Shown here in pieces: positions 20,244 through 31,661 of a stretch of DNA of 64,000 bases. Origin of the DNA: an uncultured delta proteobacterium (GTDB taxonomy: Bacteria; Myxococcota_A; Polyangia; Palsa-1104); the NCBI GenBank assembly GCA_963785725.1, contig CAWAWS010000018.1, forward strand, positions 32,001 through 96,000, written 5' to 3'. Position 1 is the stretch's first letter. Each line of letters opens with the position of its first letter. A model generated the notes under the pieces. It was not told where the DNA came from. It was given only the letters and a program-made list of their open reading frames with translations, and did no database searches. A program made the position numbers and the translations under genes.

Positions 20244-21605
20244 ATGGATCTGTTCCGTCACGCCGCCAAAAAGAACCGCTCGGGTCAGCCGCTGGCCGAG
20301 CGCATGCGACCGCTCGATCTGACCGAGTTCGTCGGCCAGGGCCACCTGATCGGCGTGGGGCGGATCCTCGAGCGCACGGCGGCCGAGCGGCATTTGCCGT
20401 CGCTGATCTTGTGGGGACCGCCCGGCACGGGCAAGACGACGCTGTCGCGCATCCTGGCGGCGCGGGCCAACGCGCGCTTCGTCGGGCTGTCGGCGGTGCA
20501 AGCGGGCGTCAAAGATCTGCGCGAGGCCGTCGCCGAGGCCGAGCAGCGCCTGGGCGAGCACAACGAGCGCACGGTGCTGTTTCTCGACGAGATTCACCGC
20601 TTCAACAAGGCGCAACAGGACGCGCTCTTGCCGCACGTCGAAGCGGGGACGATTACGCTCATCGGCGCCACGACGGAGAATCCGTCGTTCGAGGTCAACG
20701 CCGCGCTCTTGTCGCGTTGTAAGGTCGTGCGGCTGGAGACGTTGGGCGAGCCCGAGCTGCGCCAGCTGATCGATCGCGCGCTCGTCGACGTCGAGCGCGG
20801 GCTCGGCAAGTGGCCGCTCGACGTGCCGCCGGCGGTGCGCGAGCTCATCGCGCGCGAGGCGCAAGGCGACGCCCGGCGCGCGCTCAACACGCTCGAGGTC
20901 GCCGCCGAGGTCGCGTCGCCGGGCGCCGACGGCAAGCGCCACGTCGACGTCGCCGCCGTCGAGGAGGCGCTGCAGCGCAAGACGCTCCTCTACGACAAAG
21001 CCGGCGACGAGCACTACAACATCGTCAGCGCCTTCATCAAGTCGATGCGCGGCTCCGATCCCGACGCCGCGGTCTACTGGATGACGCGCATGTTGGAAGC
21101 GGGCGAGGATCCCATTTTCGTCGTGCGGCGCATGGTCATCTTCGCGTCCGAGGACATCGGCAACGCCGATCCGCAGGCGCTGACGACGGCGCTGAACGCG
21201 CTGGAAGCGGTGCGCTTGGTCGGCCTGCCCGAAGGCACGCTGCCGATGACGCAAGCGGCGACGTATCTGGCGACGGCGCCCAAGTCGAACACGGTCTTGA
21301 AGACCTACGCGGCGGCGAAGCAGGCGGTGAGCGAGCGCGGCGCGCTGCCGGTGCCGCTGCACATTCGCAACGCGCCGACGCCGCTCATGAAGTCGATGGG
21401 CTACGGCTCGGGCTACAAGTATCCGCACGACTTCGCAGGCCATTACGTGGCCGAGAACTATTTGCCGACGGAGCTGAAGGGCGCGCGCTTTTACGAGCCG
21501 TCGGACAGCGGCTACGAGAAGGTGCTGCGCGAGCGGCTGCACGAGTGGCGCGAGCGCGCGGCGCAAGCGAGCCGAGAGCGCGAGCCCGGATCCGACGACG
21601 GCTAG
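20244..21605 (+). CDS. rarA: Replication-associated recombination protein A (RarA/MgsA)
   Basis: PLAERMRP, GPPGTGKT, DEIHRFNKAQQD, GATTENPSF, SAFIKSMRGSDPDA, ASEDIGNADP, YKYPHD. Confidence 0.96.
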   Translation: MDLFRHAAKKNRSGQPLAERMRPLDLTEFVGQGHLIGVGRILERTAAERHLPSLILWGPPGTGKTTLSRILAARANARFVGLSAVQAGVKDLREAVAEAEQRLGEHNERTVLFLDEIHRFNKAQQDALLPHVEAGTITLIGATTENPSFEVNAALLSRCKVVRLETLGEPELRQLIDRALVDVERGLGKWPLDVPPAVRELIAREAQGDARRALNTLEVAAEVASPGADGKRHVDVAAVEEALQRKTLLYDKAGDEHYNIVSAFIKSMRGSDPDAAVYWMTRMLEAGEDPIFVVRRMVIFASEDIGNADPQALTTALNALEAVRLVGLPEGTLPMTQAATYLATAPKSNTVLKTYAAAKQAVSERGALPVPLHIRNAPTPLMKSMGYGSGYKYPHDFAGHYVAENYLPTELKGARFYEPSDSGYEKVLRERLHEWRERAAQASREREPGSDDG

Positions 21606-21754
21606 CACCTCACCACGGTGATTTCGACCGGTCCGTGCCGGTCTGCGACGTCCATGGCTTCGTCGCTCCTCTTCGAAATACAGACGGTATTCCTTCGTCG
21701 TCGCGCCTCGCCCTGAACGCGAATCCTCGCCGAAATCACTGTGGCGAGGTCTAG
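21602..21754. mobile_element. MITE/REP-like structured element with 20-bp terminal inverted repeats flanked by CTAG
   Basis: ACCTCACCACGGTGATTTCG(21607-21626) vs CGAAATCACTGTGGCGAGGT(21731-21750), 18/20 match; CTAG at 21602 and 21751; four internal hairpins. Confidence 0.6.
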
Positions 21755-21755
21755 G

Positions 21756-22916
21756 TTAAAGCGCGCCGACGCCTTCGAGGATCTGCCAGCGCAGCATGTT
21801 GCGCATGACCGACGGCGGCGTCATGCGCAGCATCGCCTCACGCAGCGCCACCGCCGGCGGCGACTGCCAGCGACAGAGTCGCCCGAAGCTCCAGCTGCGC
21901 TGCACGATCTGACGCGTGCGCGGCAGCCGTTCGCGCTCGTAACGCGCGAGCGCCGCGGCCGGCGTCGGCTCGTCACGCAGCGCGCGGGCGAGGGCGACGG
22001 CGTCGTCGATGGCCATGTTCGCGCCTTGTCCGAGGTTGGGCGTCGTCGGATGGGCCGCGTCGCCGATGAGCGCCACGCGGCCGGCGACATAACGCGCGAC
22101 CGGCGCGCGATCGACCAGATCGTTCTGCAAGATGGCGTCATCGGGCGTCGCGGCGATCGCTTGCGGGAGACCGAACGGCCACTCGGCATAGCGCGCCAGC
22201 AGCGCCGCTTTGCGTTCGTTGGCGGGCAGGATCCGATCGGCGGGCGCGTTGAACGCCGTCCACCAATAAACGGTGTCGGCAGAGACGGGACAGACGGAGC
22301 CGCGCTGACCGCGACCCTGCACTTCGCGCAGCACGCCCGGCTCCGACGGCGCCACGCGCGCGACGCCGCGAAAGCAGGTCTGCCCCGAGTAGCGCAGCGC
22401 GCTTACGCCGACGACGTGCGGCCGCGCGACCGAGTGCAGCCCGTCGGCGCCGATGACGAGGTCGGCGCGCTCGCTGCGCCCGTCGCTGCAGTGCAACGTG
22501 ACCGCGGCGTCGCCGGGCTCGATGCGCTCGATGCGCCGGTCGGTGTGCACGCGCGCCGCCGGCACGCGCCGCGCCAGCGCCGCCAAGAGCGTCGGGCGCA
22601 GCACGATGAAGCAGGCAGCATCGGCAAACTCGGGGCCCCAGTCGTCGAGCGCGAGCCAGCTCAAGGTCGTGCCGCGCGGGTTGGCGCCGGCGACCACGCG
22701 CAGCGGCAGCCTGTCGCGGCGCAGCTCGGCGCCGACGCCCAGCTGGTCGAGGCTGGCCATGGCGTTCGACCACAAGCCGACGCCGGCGCCGCCCTCGCGT
22801 AACGCCGGCGACTGCTCGAACACGTCGACTTGGAAGCCGGCCTTGTCGAGCGCGATGGCCGTGCTCAGCCCGCCAATGCCGCCGCCGACGACGACGATCC
22901 TGCCGATCTGCGCCAT
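21756..22916 (-). CDS. FAD-dependent monooxygenase (group A flavoprotein)
   Basis: GGGIGG, DLVIGADGLHS, GDAAH..TPNLGQGAN..IDDA; GAGGAG RBS. Confidence 0.9.
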   Translation of the reverse strand: MAQIGRIVVVGGGIGGLSTAIALDKAGFQVDVFEQSPALREGGAGVGLWSNAMASLDQLGVGAELRRDRLPLRVVAGANPRGTTLSWLALDDWGPEFADAACFIVLRPTLLAALARRVPAARVHTDRRIERIEPGDAAVTLHCSDGRSERADLVIGADGLHSVARPHVVGVSALRYSGQTCFRGVARVAPSEPGVLREVQGRGQRGSVCPVSADTVYWWTAFNAPADRILPANERKAALLARYAEWPFGLPQAIAATPDDAILQNDLVDRAPVARYVAGRVALIGDAAHPTTPNLGQGANMAIDDAVALARALRDEPTPAAALARYERERLPRTRQIVQRSWSFGRLCRWQSPPAVALREAMLRMTPPSVMRNMLRWQILEGVGAL

Positions 22917-22974
22917 ATCTCCTCGCAGCGGCAGCATGCGGCGGTCGCGCGCGTCGCGCAAGCGGCGGTCGAGG

Positions 22975-24435
22975 TCAGCTCGGGCGCGCCAAGCGGCCGA
23001 GCGGCACGAACGCGCCCGCGGACGGCGGCGTGACCGCTTTCGGCGGCTGGAACTCGAGCGCGTACGCCGCCGCCGTCTCGGCCGAGCGGACGGCGCTCTC
23101 GATCGTCGCCGGCAACCCCGTGCGCACGTAATCGCCGGCCGCGAACAGCCCGGCGATCGGGCTCTGCGTGCGCGGGCGATAACCTTCGGCGCCGGCCTCG
23201 TGGGCGATCGTGGCCTCGCGCTCCTTGATGACGCGCGCGTGCAGCAACTTGGCCTGCGCCGCCGCCGGCACCAGCCGCTGCAATTCGCCGACGAGCAGCC
23301 GCACGATCTCGTCGCTCGGCCGATCGACGAGCGCGCGCGCCGCCGACACGACGAGCGACAAGTGGCTGCGCTGGCGATCGCGCACGTCGACGAGCTGGTT
23401 GCGATGGAAGATCCAATGCAGCGGCGAGCCGACGACGCCGATCAGCGCCTCTTGCGTCACCAGCCGATCGAGCCACAGGTGCAACGACACGATCGGCGAC
23501 GACTGCAGCCGTTCGATGCCGCTCCACCACGGCACGTCTTGGCGCAGCGCCGGCTCGACGAGCGCCAACAGCGCGCGCGGCGGCACGGCGGCGATGACGG
23601 CGTCGGCCGCGATCTGCTCGCCGCCGCGCAACGAGACACCGCGCGCCACGCCGCCGTCGACGAGGACGCGCTCGACGGCCGCCGCCGGCCGCACGGTCGC
23701 GCGGTTCGCCTGCAGCCACGCGCGCGCCGGCTCGACGTACAGCTCCGACAAGGGCACCTTGGCCGCGCCCAGCCGACCGTCGGCGTCGGGACCGAAGAAG
23801 GCCTCGCGCAGGACCGTCTCGAGCAGCTTGGCCGAGGCCGTGCGCGGGTCGTCGTTGAGCGTCGCCAGCGTCAGCGGATGAAAGAACGCGCGCCGCGCCG
23901 CCGGCGATTGCCCGAGCCGATCGAGCCACGCGTCGACGGTCTCGTAATCCGCCGCCGGCGGCAGGAGGCGCGACGGCAGCCGAATCGCCGCCGCCACTTT
24001 GCCGAGGCTGAGCTTGTCGCGCCAGGACAGCGACGAAAAGCCGGCCACGCCGCCCAAGAGATCGAGCGGCGGCGGCAGTCGCGCGGCCTGCAGCCGCGAA
24101 GTCCGTCCGCTCTCGCCGTCGACGAACGCCACCGCCAGCCGTGGCTGCAGATCCAGTTGCGCCGCGGTGCCGATGCGCGCGAGAAAACGTCGCGTCGCGC
24201 GGTAGCAGCCCATGAACAGGTGCTGGCCGTTGTCGATGCTGTCGCCGCTGGTCTCGTCGACGACGGCGTAGGCGCGACCGCCGAGCCGCGGGCGGCGCTC
24301 GAGCAGCGTCACGCGCGCGCCGGCGGTGCACAAGCTCGTCGCGGCGGCGAGCCCGGCGAAGCCGCCGCCGATGACGACCACATGATTCGCCCTTCCTTGC
24401 GCCGAGAGGCGAGGGCGAGGGTCGGGGAGACTCAT
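22975..24435 (-). CDS. hpnE: Hydroxysqualene dehydroxylase HpnE
   Basis: GGGFAGL, LGGRAY, IDNGQHLFMGCY, AGDYVRTGLPATIESAVRSA; follows hpnD. Confidence 0.9.
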   Translation of the reverse strand: MSLPDPRPRLSAQGRANHVVVIGGGFAGLAAATSLCTAGARVTLLERRPRLGGRAYAVVDETSGDSIDNGQHLFMGCYRATRRFLARIGTAAQLDLQPRLAVAFVDGESGRTSRLQAARLPPPLDLLGGVAGFSSLSWRDKLSLGKVAAAIRLPSRLLPPAADYETVDAWLDRLGQSPAARRAFFHPLTLATLNDDPRTASAKLLETVLREAFFGPDADGRLGAAKVPLSELYVEPARAWLQANRATVRPAAAVERVLVDGGVARGVSLRGGEQIAADAVIAAVPPRALLALVEPALRQDVPWWSGIERLQSSPIVSLHLWLDRLVTQEALIGVVGSPLHWIFHRNQLVDVRDRQRSHLSLVVSAARALVDRPSDEIVRLLVGELQRLVPAAAQAKLLHARVIKEREATIAHEAGAEGYRPRTQSPIAGLFAAGDYVRTGLPATIESAVRSAETAAAYALEFQPPKAVTPPSAGAFVPLGRLARPS

Positions 24436-24439
24436 GTGG

Positions 24440-25336
24440 CTATGAGAACGACAGCGTCAGGCGATGCAGCTTGGCGCGCGCGAAGTTACCGAGCGCGATG
24501 GTCATCTTGTCGAGCCGGCTCACCGTCGTTTTGGCGCCGAAGACGTCGAAGTTGCGCGCCTCGATCCGCTGCAGCAGCCGATAGTAGATGTCGCCCATGA
24601 TCTCGGCGATGACGAGCTTGCGCCGCTCGTCGATCGACAGGGCCGCGCGCGCGCGCAGATAATGCGAGCGCGCGCGCGCCGCTTCGAACTGCATGAGCCG
24701 CACGAACTTCGCCGAGCGATTGCCCGCCACCAAATCCTCGATGGTGACGCCGAATTGCGCGAGCTCGTCGGCGGGCAGATAGACGCGACCGCGGCGCGCG
24801 TCCTCGGCCACGTCGCGCAAGATGTTCGTCAGCTGCAGCGCCAGGCCGAGATCGACGGCATAGCGGCGCGCCGCCTCCTGGTTCGCCGGCGTGTAGCCGA
24901 AGATCTCGATGCACATGAGACCCACCGCCGAGGCGACGCGATAGCAATACAGGCGCAGCTCGTCCCAGCTGGCGTAGCGCGTCTTGTCGATGTCCATGGC
25001 GCAGCCGTCGATGACCGCCTCGACGTCCTGCCGGCGAATGCCGAAGCGCTGCACGGCCGCTTGCAAGCGCGCGGCGACCGGATGCGCCGGCTCGTTCGGG
25101 CCGTAGACATGCTCGAGCTCGTCGCGCCAGCGGGCGATGCCGGCCAGCTTGTTTGCGACCGGCGCCTCTTCGTCGACCACATCGTCGACGAGGCGGCAGT
25201 AGGCGTAGACGGCTTCGAGCGCCTCACGCTTGTCGCGCGGTAGAAACAGGAAGGCGTAGTAGAAGTTCGACTTCGAGCGCGTCGTCAGCTTGCGGCAGTA
25301 GGCCGCGGCGCCTTCGATGAACGATGTGTCAGGCAT
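24440..25336 (-). CDS. hpnD: Presqualene diphosphate synthase HpnD
   Basis: KSNFYYAFLFLP, YCRLVDDVVD, YCYRVASAVG, LQLTNILRDVAEDA, GRVYLP. Confidence 0.9.
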   Translation of the reverse strand: MPDTSFIEGAAAYCRKLTTRSKSNFYYAFLFLPRDKREALEAVYAYCRLVDDVVDEEAPVANKLAGIARWRDELEHVYGPNEPAHPVAARLQAAVQRFGIRRQDVEAVIDGCAMDIDKTRYASWDELRLYCYRVASAVGLMCIEIFGYTPANQEAARRYAVDLGLALQLTNILRDVAEDARRGRVYLPADELAQFGVTIEDLVAGNRSAKFVRLMQFEAARARSHYLRARAALSIDERRKLVIAEIMGDIYYRLLQRIEARNFDVFGAKTTVSRLDKMTIALGNFARAKLHRLTLSFS

Positions 25337-25348
25337 GGCTGGGGTCGC

Positions 25349-26286
25349 TTAGCGAGCCGAGATCCACTGCGGCCAGCGCTGCGTCGCGGCGCGCGCCACC
25401 ATGCGCGCCTTGTCGGCCGTGTTCAGCGTCGGACGGCGGCGGAAGACGTCGTAGCCGACCGCCTCGATCTTGTCGAGGATGGTCGAGCCGCCGCGCCAGA
25501 TCATGGCCAGCTCGAAGCCCAAGTCGCTGCCCACTTTGTCGATGAGCGGCCGGCCGCGCTCGAACAGCGCCCGCGCGCGCGCCACTTCGTAGCGCATGAG
25601 CGAGCGGAACTGCGGCGTGCACTGGCGCGCGTAGATCGTCTCGTCGGTCACGCCGAAGTGCTTGCGATCTTCCTCGGGAATATAGATGCGATCTTTGGCC
25701 AGATCGACGCCGACATCCTGCCAGAAGTTCGCCAGCTGCAGCGCCGTGCACAAGTCGTCCGAGTAGTTGTGCAGCGACGAATCGCGATAGTTGAAGATGT
25801 AGAGCACGAGCCGGCCGACCGGATGCGCCGAGTGCGCGCAGTAGCTCTTGAGCTGCTCGAACGTCTGATAGCGGTTCACCGACAGGTCCATCGTGAACGC
25901 CGTCAGCATCGCCTGCAGCGGCTGAATCGGAATGTCGCACTGCTCGATCGTCTCACGCAGCGCGATGAACACCGGATGCTCGGCCTCGCCGTGGAAGCAG
26001 CGCTCGAGCTCGGTCTCCCAATATTCGAGCGCCTCGGTGCGCCGGCCGGCGTAGCGCGCCTCGTCGGCGAAGTCGTCGGCCGAGCGCGCGAACGCGTAGA
26101 CGGCCCAGACGAACGGACGCAGCCGATTGGGCACGAAGCGCGACGCGACCGGGAAATTCTCGTAGTGGCCACGCGCCATGCGCTCGCAATAAGCGAACGA
26201 CTGCTCGAGCGTGTAAGCCTCCTTGGCCGCCAGGTGCAGCTCCGGCAGCGGGATGGCGTTGGGCCGCGATTCGACGACTCGACGGA

Positions 26287-26290
<4 letters not shown>
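25349..26290 (-). CDS. hpnC: Hydroxysqualene synthase HpnC
   Basis: HYENFPVAS, FARSADDFADE, SAHPVGRLVL, CTALQLANFWQDV; GTG start with GGAGG, GTGA overlap. Confidence 0.93.
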
Positions 26291-27611
<1,321 letters not shown>

Positions 27612-27615
<4 letters not shown>

Positions 27616-28529
27616 AAGCTCTCCAATCGCAAGCCCGGCGCCGGAGCGTCGAGCGAAAGCAGCGTCAAACCAGCGGCGCGCGCGTCCGCGTGCAGCTTGG
27701 CCGTGGCATCGGCCCCGATCGTAAATGCGACGCCGAGGTCGCCGCCGCCGGCGCCCGACGGCTTGGCCGCGCCGCCATGACGGCGCGCCAGCTCGGCCAA
27801 CTGTGCGTGCGGCTTGCAAACGATGGCGCAGCCGGCGGCGTCGCCGAGCGCGCCCATCGCGATGCCGTAGGCGTCGGCCGCGCGCACGAGCTCGACCGCG
27901 TCGTCGTCGGCGATGGCGGCGGCGAAGGCGTGCGCCTGCGACAACAGGCGACCGATGGCGGCGTCATGGGTCTGCGGCGCCGATTCGGCCAGCGCTTTGA
28001 CTTTGCCGATGAGCTGCGCCGTCGACGCCGGCTGCCCGGCCCACAAGAAGGTCAAGTGCACGCCGGCCGGCAGCTCGACCGGCGTAATGTCGGGACGACC
28101 GCCCGCGTGCCGCTGGAAACGGAGCGCGCCGCCGTAGACGCTGCAGGCGACGTCGACGCCGGAGCCGCGCGTGCCTTGCGCTTCGGCGTGCGCTTCGTCG
28201 GCGATGTCGAACAAGGCGCGACGATCGGACAAGTCGCGACCGGCTCTGGCGAAGGAGAGCCCGACGACCGCCGTCGTCACCGCCGCCGACGAGCCCAACC
28301 CGAGCTTGCTCGAGCCTTCGTACAGCGCCGACGAATCGACGCGCACGTCGAGCTTGGCGCCGCCGGCGCGTGACGCGTGGCGAATCGCCTGCACGACGAA
28401 GGGCGTGGCGTCGCCTTTGCCCGCCTGCGCGCGCACCGAACGGCCGACGGCGACGGCGATCGCCGGCGCGCCGTGCAGCACGGCGTACTCGCCCGCGAGG
28501 ATCGCTTTGCCCGGCGCCGCGACGATCAT
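27612..28529 (-). CDS. Phosphomevalonate kinase (GHMP kinase)
   Basis: APGKAILAGEYAVL, KLGLGSSAA, AQG..GSGVDVA, KPSGAGGGD; operon position. Confidence 0.85.
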
Positions 28530-29497
28530 GCTTCCAACACTTCCGCGCGCGGACCCGGCTTGCAGATCCAGGTGCGACCGAGCTTCGCCAGCGCGCGCTC
28601 GACCTCCTCCGCGTATTTGGCGACGGTGAGCGCCTTGACGTGCGGGCCGGCGTCGCAGGTGAACCACGCGGGAATGCCGCTCTTGCGCAGCTCTTGGATG
28701 ATGCGCCAGCCTTCGATGGTGGCGCCGTGGAAGTAGACGACCGCCGGCCGCGCCGCCATCGCCGACGCGTGCATCGACAGGCAGCTCGCCTCGGTGACGG
28801 TGCCGAGCGCCTCGAGATCGCGGCGGGCAATGGCCTCGCGCGCGGTCGTCAGGTCGGCTTCGCTCATCCGCACCCAAGCATCATAGTAGGGTGACGTTTC
28901 CGCCGTGTGTCGCATGCCGTCCGTCGACAACGTCGACTTCGGGCCGGTGACGGTGGCGGCGATGACGAGCCGCACGTCCCAGTCGCTGGCGATGGGCGTG
29001 GCGAACGCATCCTCGCCGTCGGCGCGCTGGCCGCGGGCCATCTCGGCGAAGCCGCCGAAGATCGAGCGCGCCGCCGAGCCCGAGCCGCGCCGCGCCAACA
29101 CCGACAACTCGCGATCGTCGAGCGCCAGGCCGGCCGCGCGCGTCGCCGCCAGCGCCAACGCCGCGAACGCCGAGGCCGACGAGGCCAAGCCGGCTGCCGT
29201 CGGAAAGTCGTTGGCGCTCTCGACGCGCGCATGCGTGGAAATGCCGGCGCGCGCCCGCACGATGTCGAGGAATTTGGCGACGCGACCGACGGCGCGGGCA
29301 TCGGCCGGCTCGCCGTTGAGCAGGAGCGAATCGGCGCCTGCGCTGCCGTCGAAGGCGACGCTCGTGCGCGTCGACAGCCCCTCCAGCGTCAGCGACAAGG
29401 AGCCGACCGCCGGCAGATTGAGCGCGCCGTCGCGCTTGCCCCAATATTTGACGAGCGCGATGTTGGTGTTCGCGCGCGCGATGGCTTTCCCGTTCAC
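28526..29497 (-). CDS. mvaD: Diphosphomevalonate decarboxylase
   Basis: ANTNIALVKYWGK, PTAAGLASSASAF, RRGSGSAARSIFGG, DAGP. Confidence 0.95.
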   Translation of the reverse strand: MNGKAIARANTNIALVKYWGKRDGALNLPAVGSLSLTLEGLSTRTSVAFDGSAGADSLLLNGEPADARAVGRVAKFLDIVRARAGISTHARVESANDFPTAAGLASSASAFAALALAATRAAGLALDDRELSVLARRGSGSAARSIFGGFAEMARGQRADGEDAFATPIASDWDVRLVIAATVTGPKSTLSTDGMRHTAETSPYYDAWVRMSEADLTTAREAIARRDLEALGTVTEASCLSMHASAMAARPAVVYFHGATIEGWRIIQELRKSGIPAWFTCDAGPHVKALTVAKYAEEVERALAKLGRTWICKPGPRAEVLEA

Positions 29498-30381
29498 GCT
29501 CGGACCTCGGCTGCGAAGCCGCGGAAGCCGGCGCGCTCCCATGCGGCGATGACGTCTTCGGAGTGCCCGACGGCGATGACGCAGCCGCCGCCGCCACCGC
29601 CGGTGAGCTTGGCGCCGACCGCGCCGGCGTCGCGGGCGATGGCACACAGCCGCTCGATCTCGGGGCAGCTGACCTCCAGCGCCTCCAAGTGGCGCTGGTT
29701 CTCGTTCATGGCCGCGCCCAATTCACCGACGGCGCCGCGCTCGACGGCCGCGCGTCCGCGCTCGACGAGCGCCGCGATGGCGTCGAAGCGCGCGCGCACC
29801 TCGTCGCCGCGCTCGGCCAGCAATTCGGCGACGCGGGCGACGCGGCCCTTGGTGTCGCGCGTCTTGCCGGTGTGACCGACGGCGATGGCGATGGGCGGCG
29901 CGCTCACCGAATTCAGCCCGGCGGCGCGCGTGAACACGCCGAATCCGCCGGCGAGCGACACCGTATGGTCGAGGCCGCTCGGCGTGCCGTGAATGACGGT
30001 CTCCGAATCCATCGCCGCCTGCGCCAGCGTCGCGCCCGACAAGCCGAGCGCGCGGCCGATCGCGACCGCCATCGCCGCCGACGAGCCGAGCCCCGCGCCC
30101 GTCGGCAAGTGAAAGCGCAGCGTCAAGTCCACATCTACGCGCCCCGAGTGCTGCCGGATTGCCGTGTAAGCGCGCGACAACGACAGCTCGTCGACGCGCG
30201 TCGGGTCGATCGTCACGTTCCACTCGGGAATGTGCAGGAGGCCGCGGCCGGGCGTCACTTCGACGCTGACGCCGCCGGCGAGCGCGCCGGCGAGCGCCGG
30301 ATGGCCGTACACCACCGAATGTTCGCCGAGCAAGATGACCTTGCCGTGCGCGCGATGCGTTTCCACTTCAGCGTGCGTCAA
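29494..30381 (-). CDS. mvk: Mevalonate kinase
   Basis: AHGKVILLGEHSVVYG, PTGAGLGSSAA, HGTPSGLD, GAKLTGGGGGG; TTG start overlapping fni stop (start uncertain). Confidence 0.93.
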   Translation of the reverse strand: MTHAEVETHRAHGKVILLGEHSVVYGHPALAGALAGGVSVEVTPGRGLLHIPEWNVTIDPTRVDELSLSRAYTAIRQHSGRVDVDLTLRFHLPTGAGLGSSAAMAVAIGRALGLSGATLAQAAMDSETVIHGTPSGLDHTVSLAGGFGVFTRAAGLNSVSAPPIAIAVGHTGKTRDTKGRVARVAELLAERGDEVRARFDAIAALVERGRAAVERGAVGELGAAMNENQRHLEALEVSCPEIERLCAIARDAGAVGAKLTGGGGGGCVIAVGHSEDVIAAWERAGFRGFAAEVRA

Positions 30382-31469
30382 CGCGCCTGCTCCAGCCACG
30401 CGCGCAACGTCGAGCCCAACACCTTCGGCGCCGTGCGCAGCTCCGACGGCGTGCGGCAGCCGGTCAAGAACACGGTGGCGCGCACGCTGGCGATGACCTG
30501 CTCCAAGAAGCGGATGACGTTGTCGTAGCCGCCGTCGCGATGGGCGCGCAAGACCGGCGCCGCCAAGCCGCCAGCCGTCGCGCCGAGCGCCAGCGCGTGA
30601 CAGACGTCTTGTCCGCTGCGCAATCCGCCGGTGGCGATGATGTCGAGGCCCAAGTCGGACAAGAGGCCGACCGAAGCCGCCGTCGGAATGCCCCAATCCC
30701 ACAGCTCTTCGCCGAGCGCCTTGGCCTGGCCGGTGGCGCGCTTGGTCTCGACGCCGACCCAGCTCGTGCCGCCCGCGCCCGACGTGTCGACGGTGCGAAT
30801 GCCGAGCTGCTTGGCCACCATGCCCACGCGTCGCGACAGACCGGCGCCCGTCTCCTTGAGCACGATCGGCAGGCCGAGCTCGCCGTGCAGCCGCTGCAAG
30901 GTCTCGCGGCCGCCGCGGAAATCGCGGTCGCCGCCCGGCTGAATCAGCTCCATCGACGTCGCCAAGTGCACGCACAAGGCGTCGACGCCGATCGCCGAGC
31001 ACAGCTCGCGGATGGCGTTCGTCGACATCTGCCGCGCCTGCACGATGCCCAAGTTGCCCATGACGAGCGCGTTCGGCGCCACGTCGCGCACGCGATAGGT
31101 CCAGCCGAGATCGGGCGCGACCACCATCGCGCGCTGCGAGCCCAAGCCGAAGCCGAGCCCGAGCTGCTCGGCGGCGCGCGCCAGGTCGCTGTTGATCTTC
31201 GCCGCTTCCGGCGTACCACCGGTCATGCCGCTGATGACGACCGGCGCCTTCAGCCGCTTGCCGAGCAGCGTCGTCGTCAAGTCGACGTCGTCGAAGTGGC
31301 GATCGGGCAGCGCGTCGTGCACCAGCGCCACCTCGTCGAGGAGGGTGCCTTTGCCGCGGAACTCGACCTCGCCCGACGCGCACAAGGCCAAGTGGTCCGC
31401 CTTGCGCTGCTGAATGCCGGGCGAGCCGTTGTGCGGGTCGCCGTTGCCGCTCTTTGAATCGCTGCTCAT
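30378..31469 (-). CDS. fni: Type 2 isopentenyl-diphosphate delta-isomerase (IDI-2)
   Basis: RKADHL, HDALP, SGMTGG, GSQRAM, IQPGGDRDF, KETGAG, GAGGTSW, WGIPT. Confidence 0.96.
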   Translation of the reverse strand: MSSDSKSGNGDPHNGSPGIQQRKADHLALCASGEVEFRGKGTLLDEVALVHDALPDRHFDDVDLTTTLLGKRLKAPVVISGMTGGTPEAAKINSDLARAAEQLGLGFGLGSQRAMVVAPDLGWTYRVRDVAPNALVMGNLGIVQARQMSTNAIRELCSAIGVDALCVHLATSMELIQPGGDRDFRGGRETLQRLHGELGLPIVLKETGAGLSRRVGMVAKQLGIRTVDTSGAGGTSWVGVETKRATGQAKALGEELWDWGIPTAASVGLLSDLGLDIIATGGLRSGQDVCHALALGATAGGLAAPVLRAHRDGGYDNVIRFLEQVIASVRATVFLTGCRTPSELRTAPKVLGSTLRAWLEQAR

Positions 31470-31484
31470 TCGGCGCCTTTCCAT

Positions 31485-31601
31485 AGCATGAAGCATGCGC
31501 ATCGGCCTTCGTTGCCTGGCCCTAGCGTATTCATATAGTTACGTAGCTCGCTGTTTTGGGGACGTGCGGGTTCGCCCACAAGCGCGTGTGCGATATCGCA
31601 C
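31485..31601 (-). promoter_or_regulatory. Putative sigma54-type control region of the isoprenoid operon (near -24/-12, IHF-like site, two UAS-like palindromes)
   Basis: Minus-strand GCGCATG-CTTC-ATGCT (31485-31500); ATTCATATAGTTA (31529-31541); GTGCGGGTTCGCCC (31564-31577) and perfect GTGCGATATCGCAC (31588-31601). Confidence 0.5.
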
Positions 31602-31661
31602 CGGCGCGCGATCGTTAGCCTTTCGGCGACTTTGGGCGGCTTTCGGCTATAACTGGCGCGC

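Noticed and set aside
21602..21754. 6S RNA, SRP RNA or tRNA
   Set aside because: No SRP GGAA-loop motif, no TpsiC arm or CCA, not a single rod with central bubble, and not the usual 6S context
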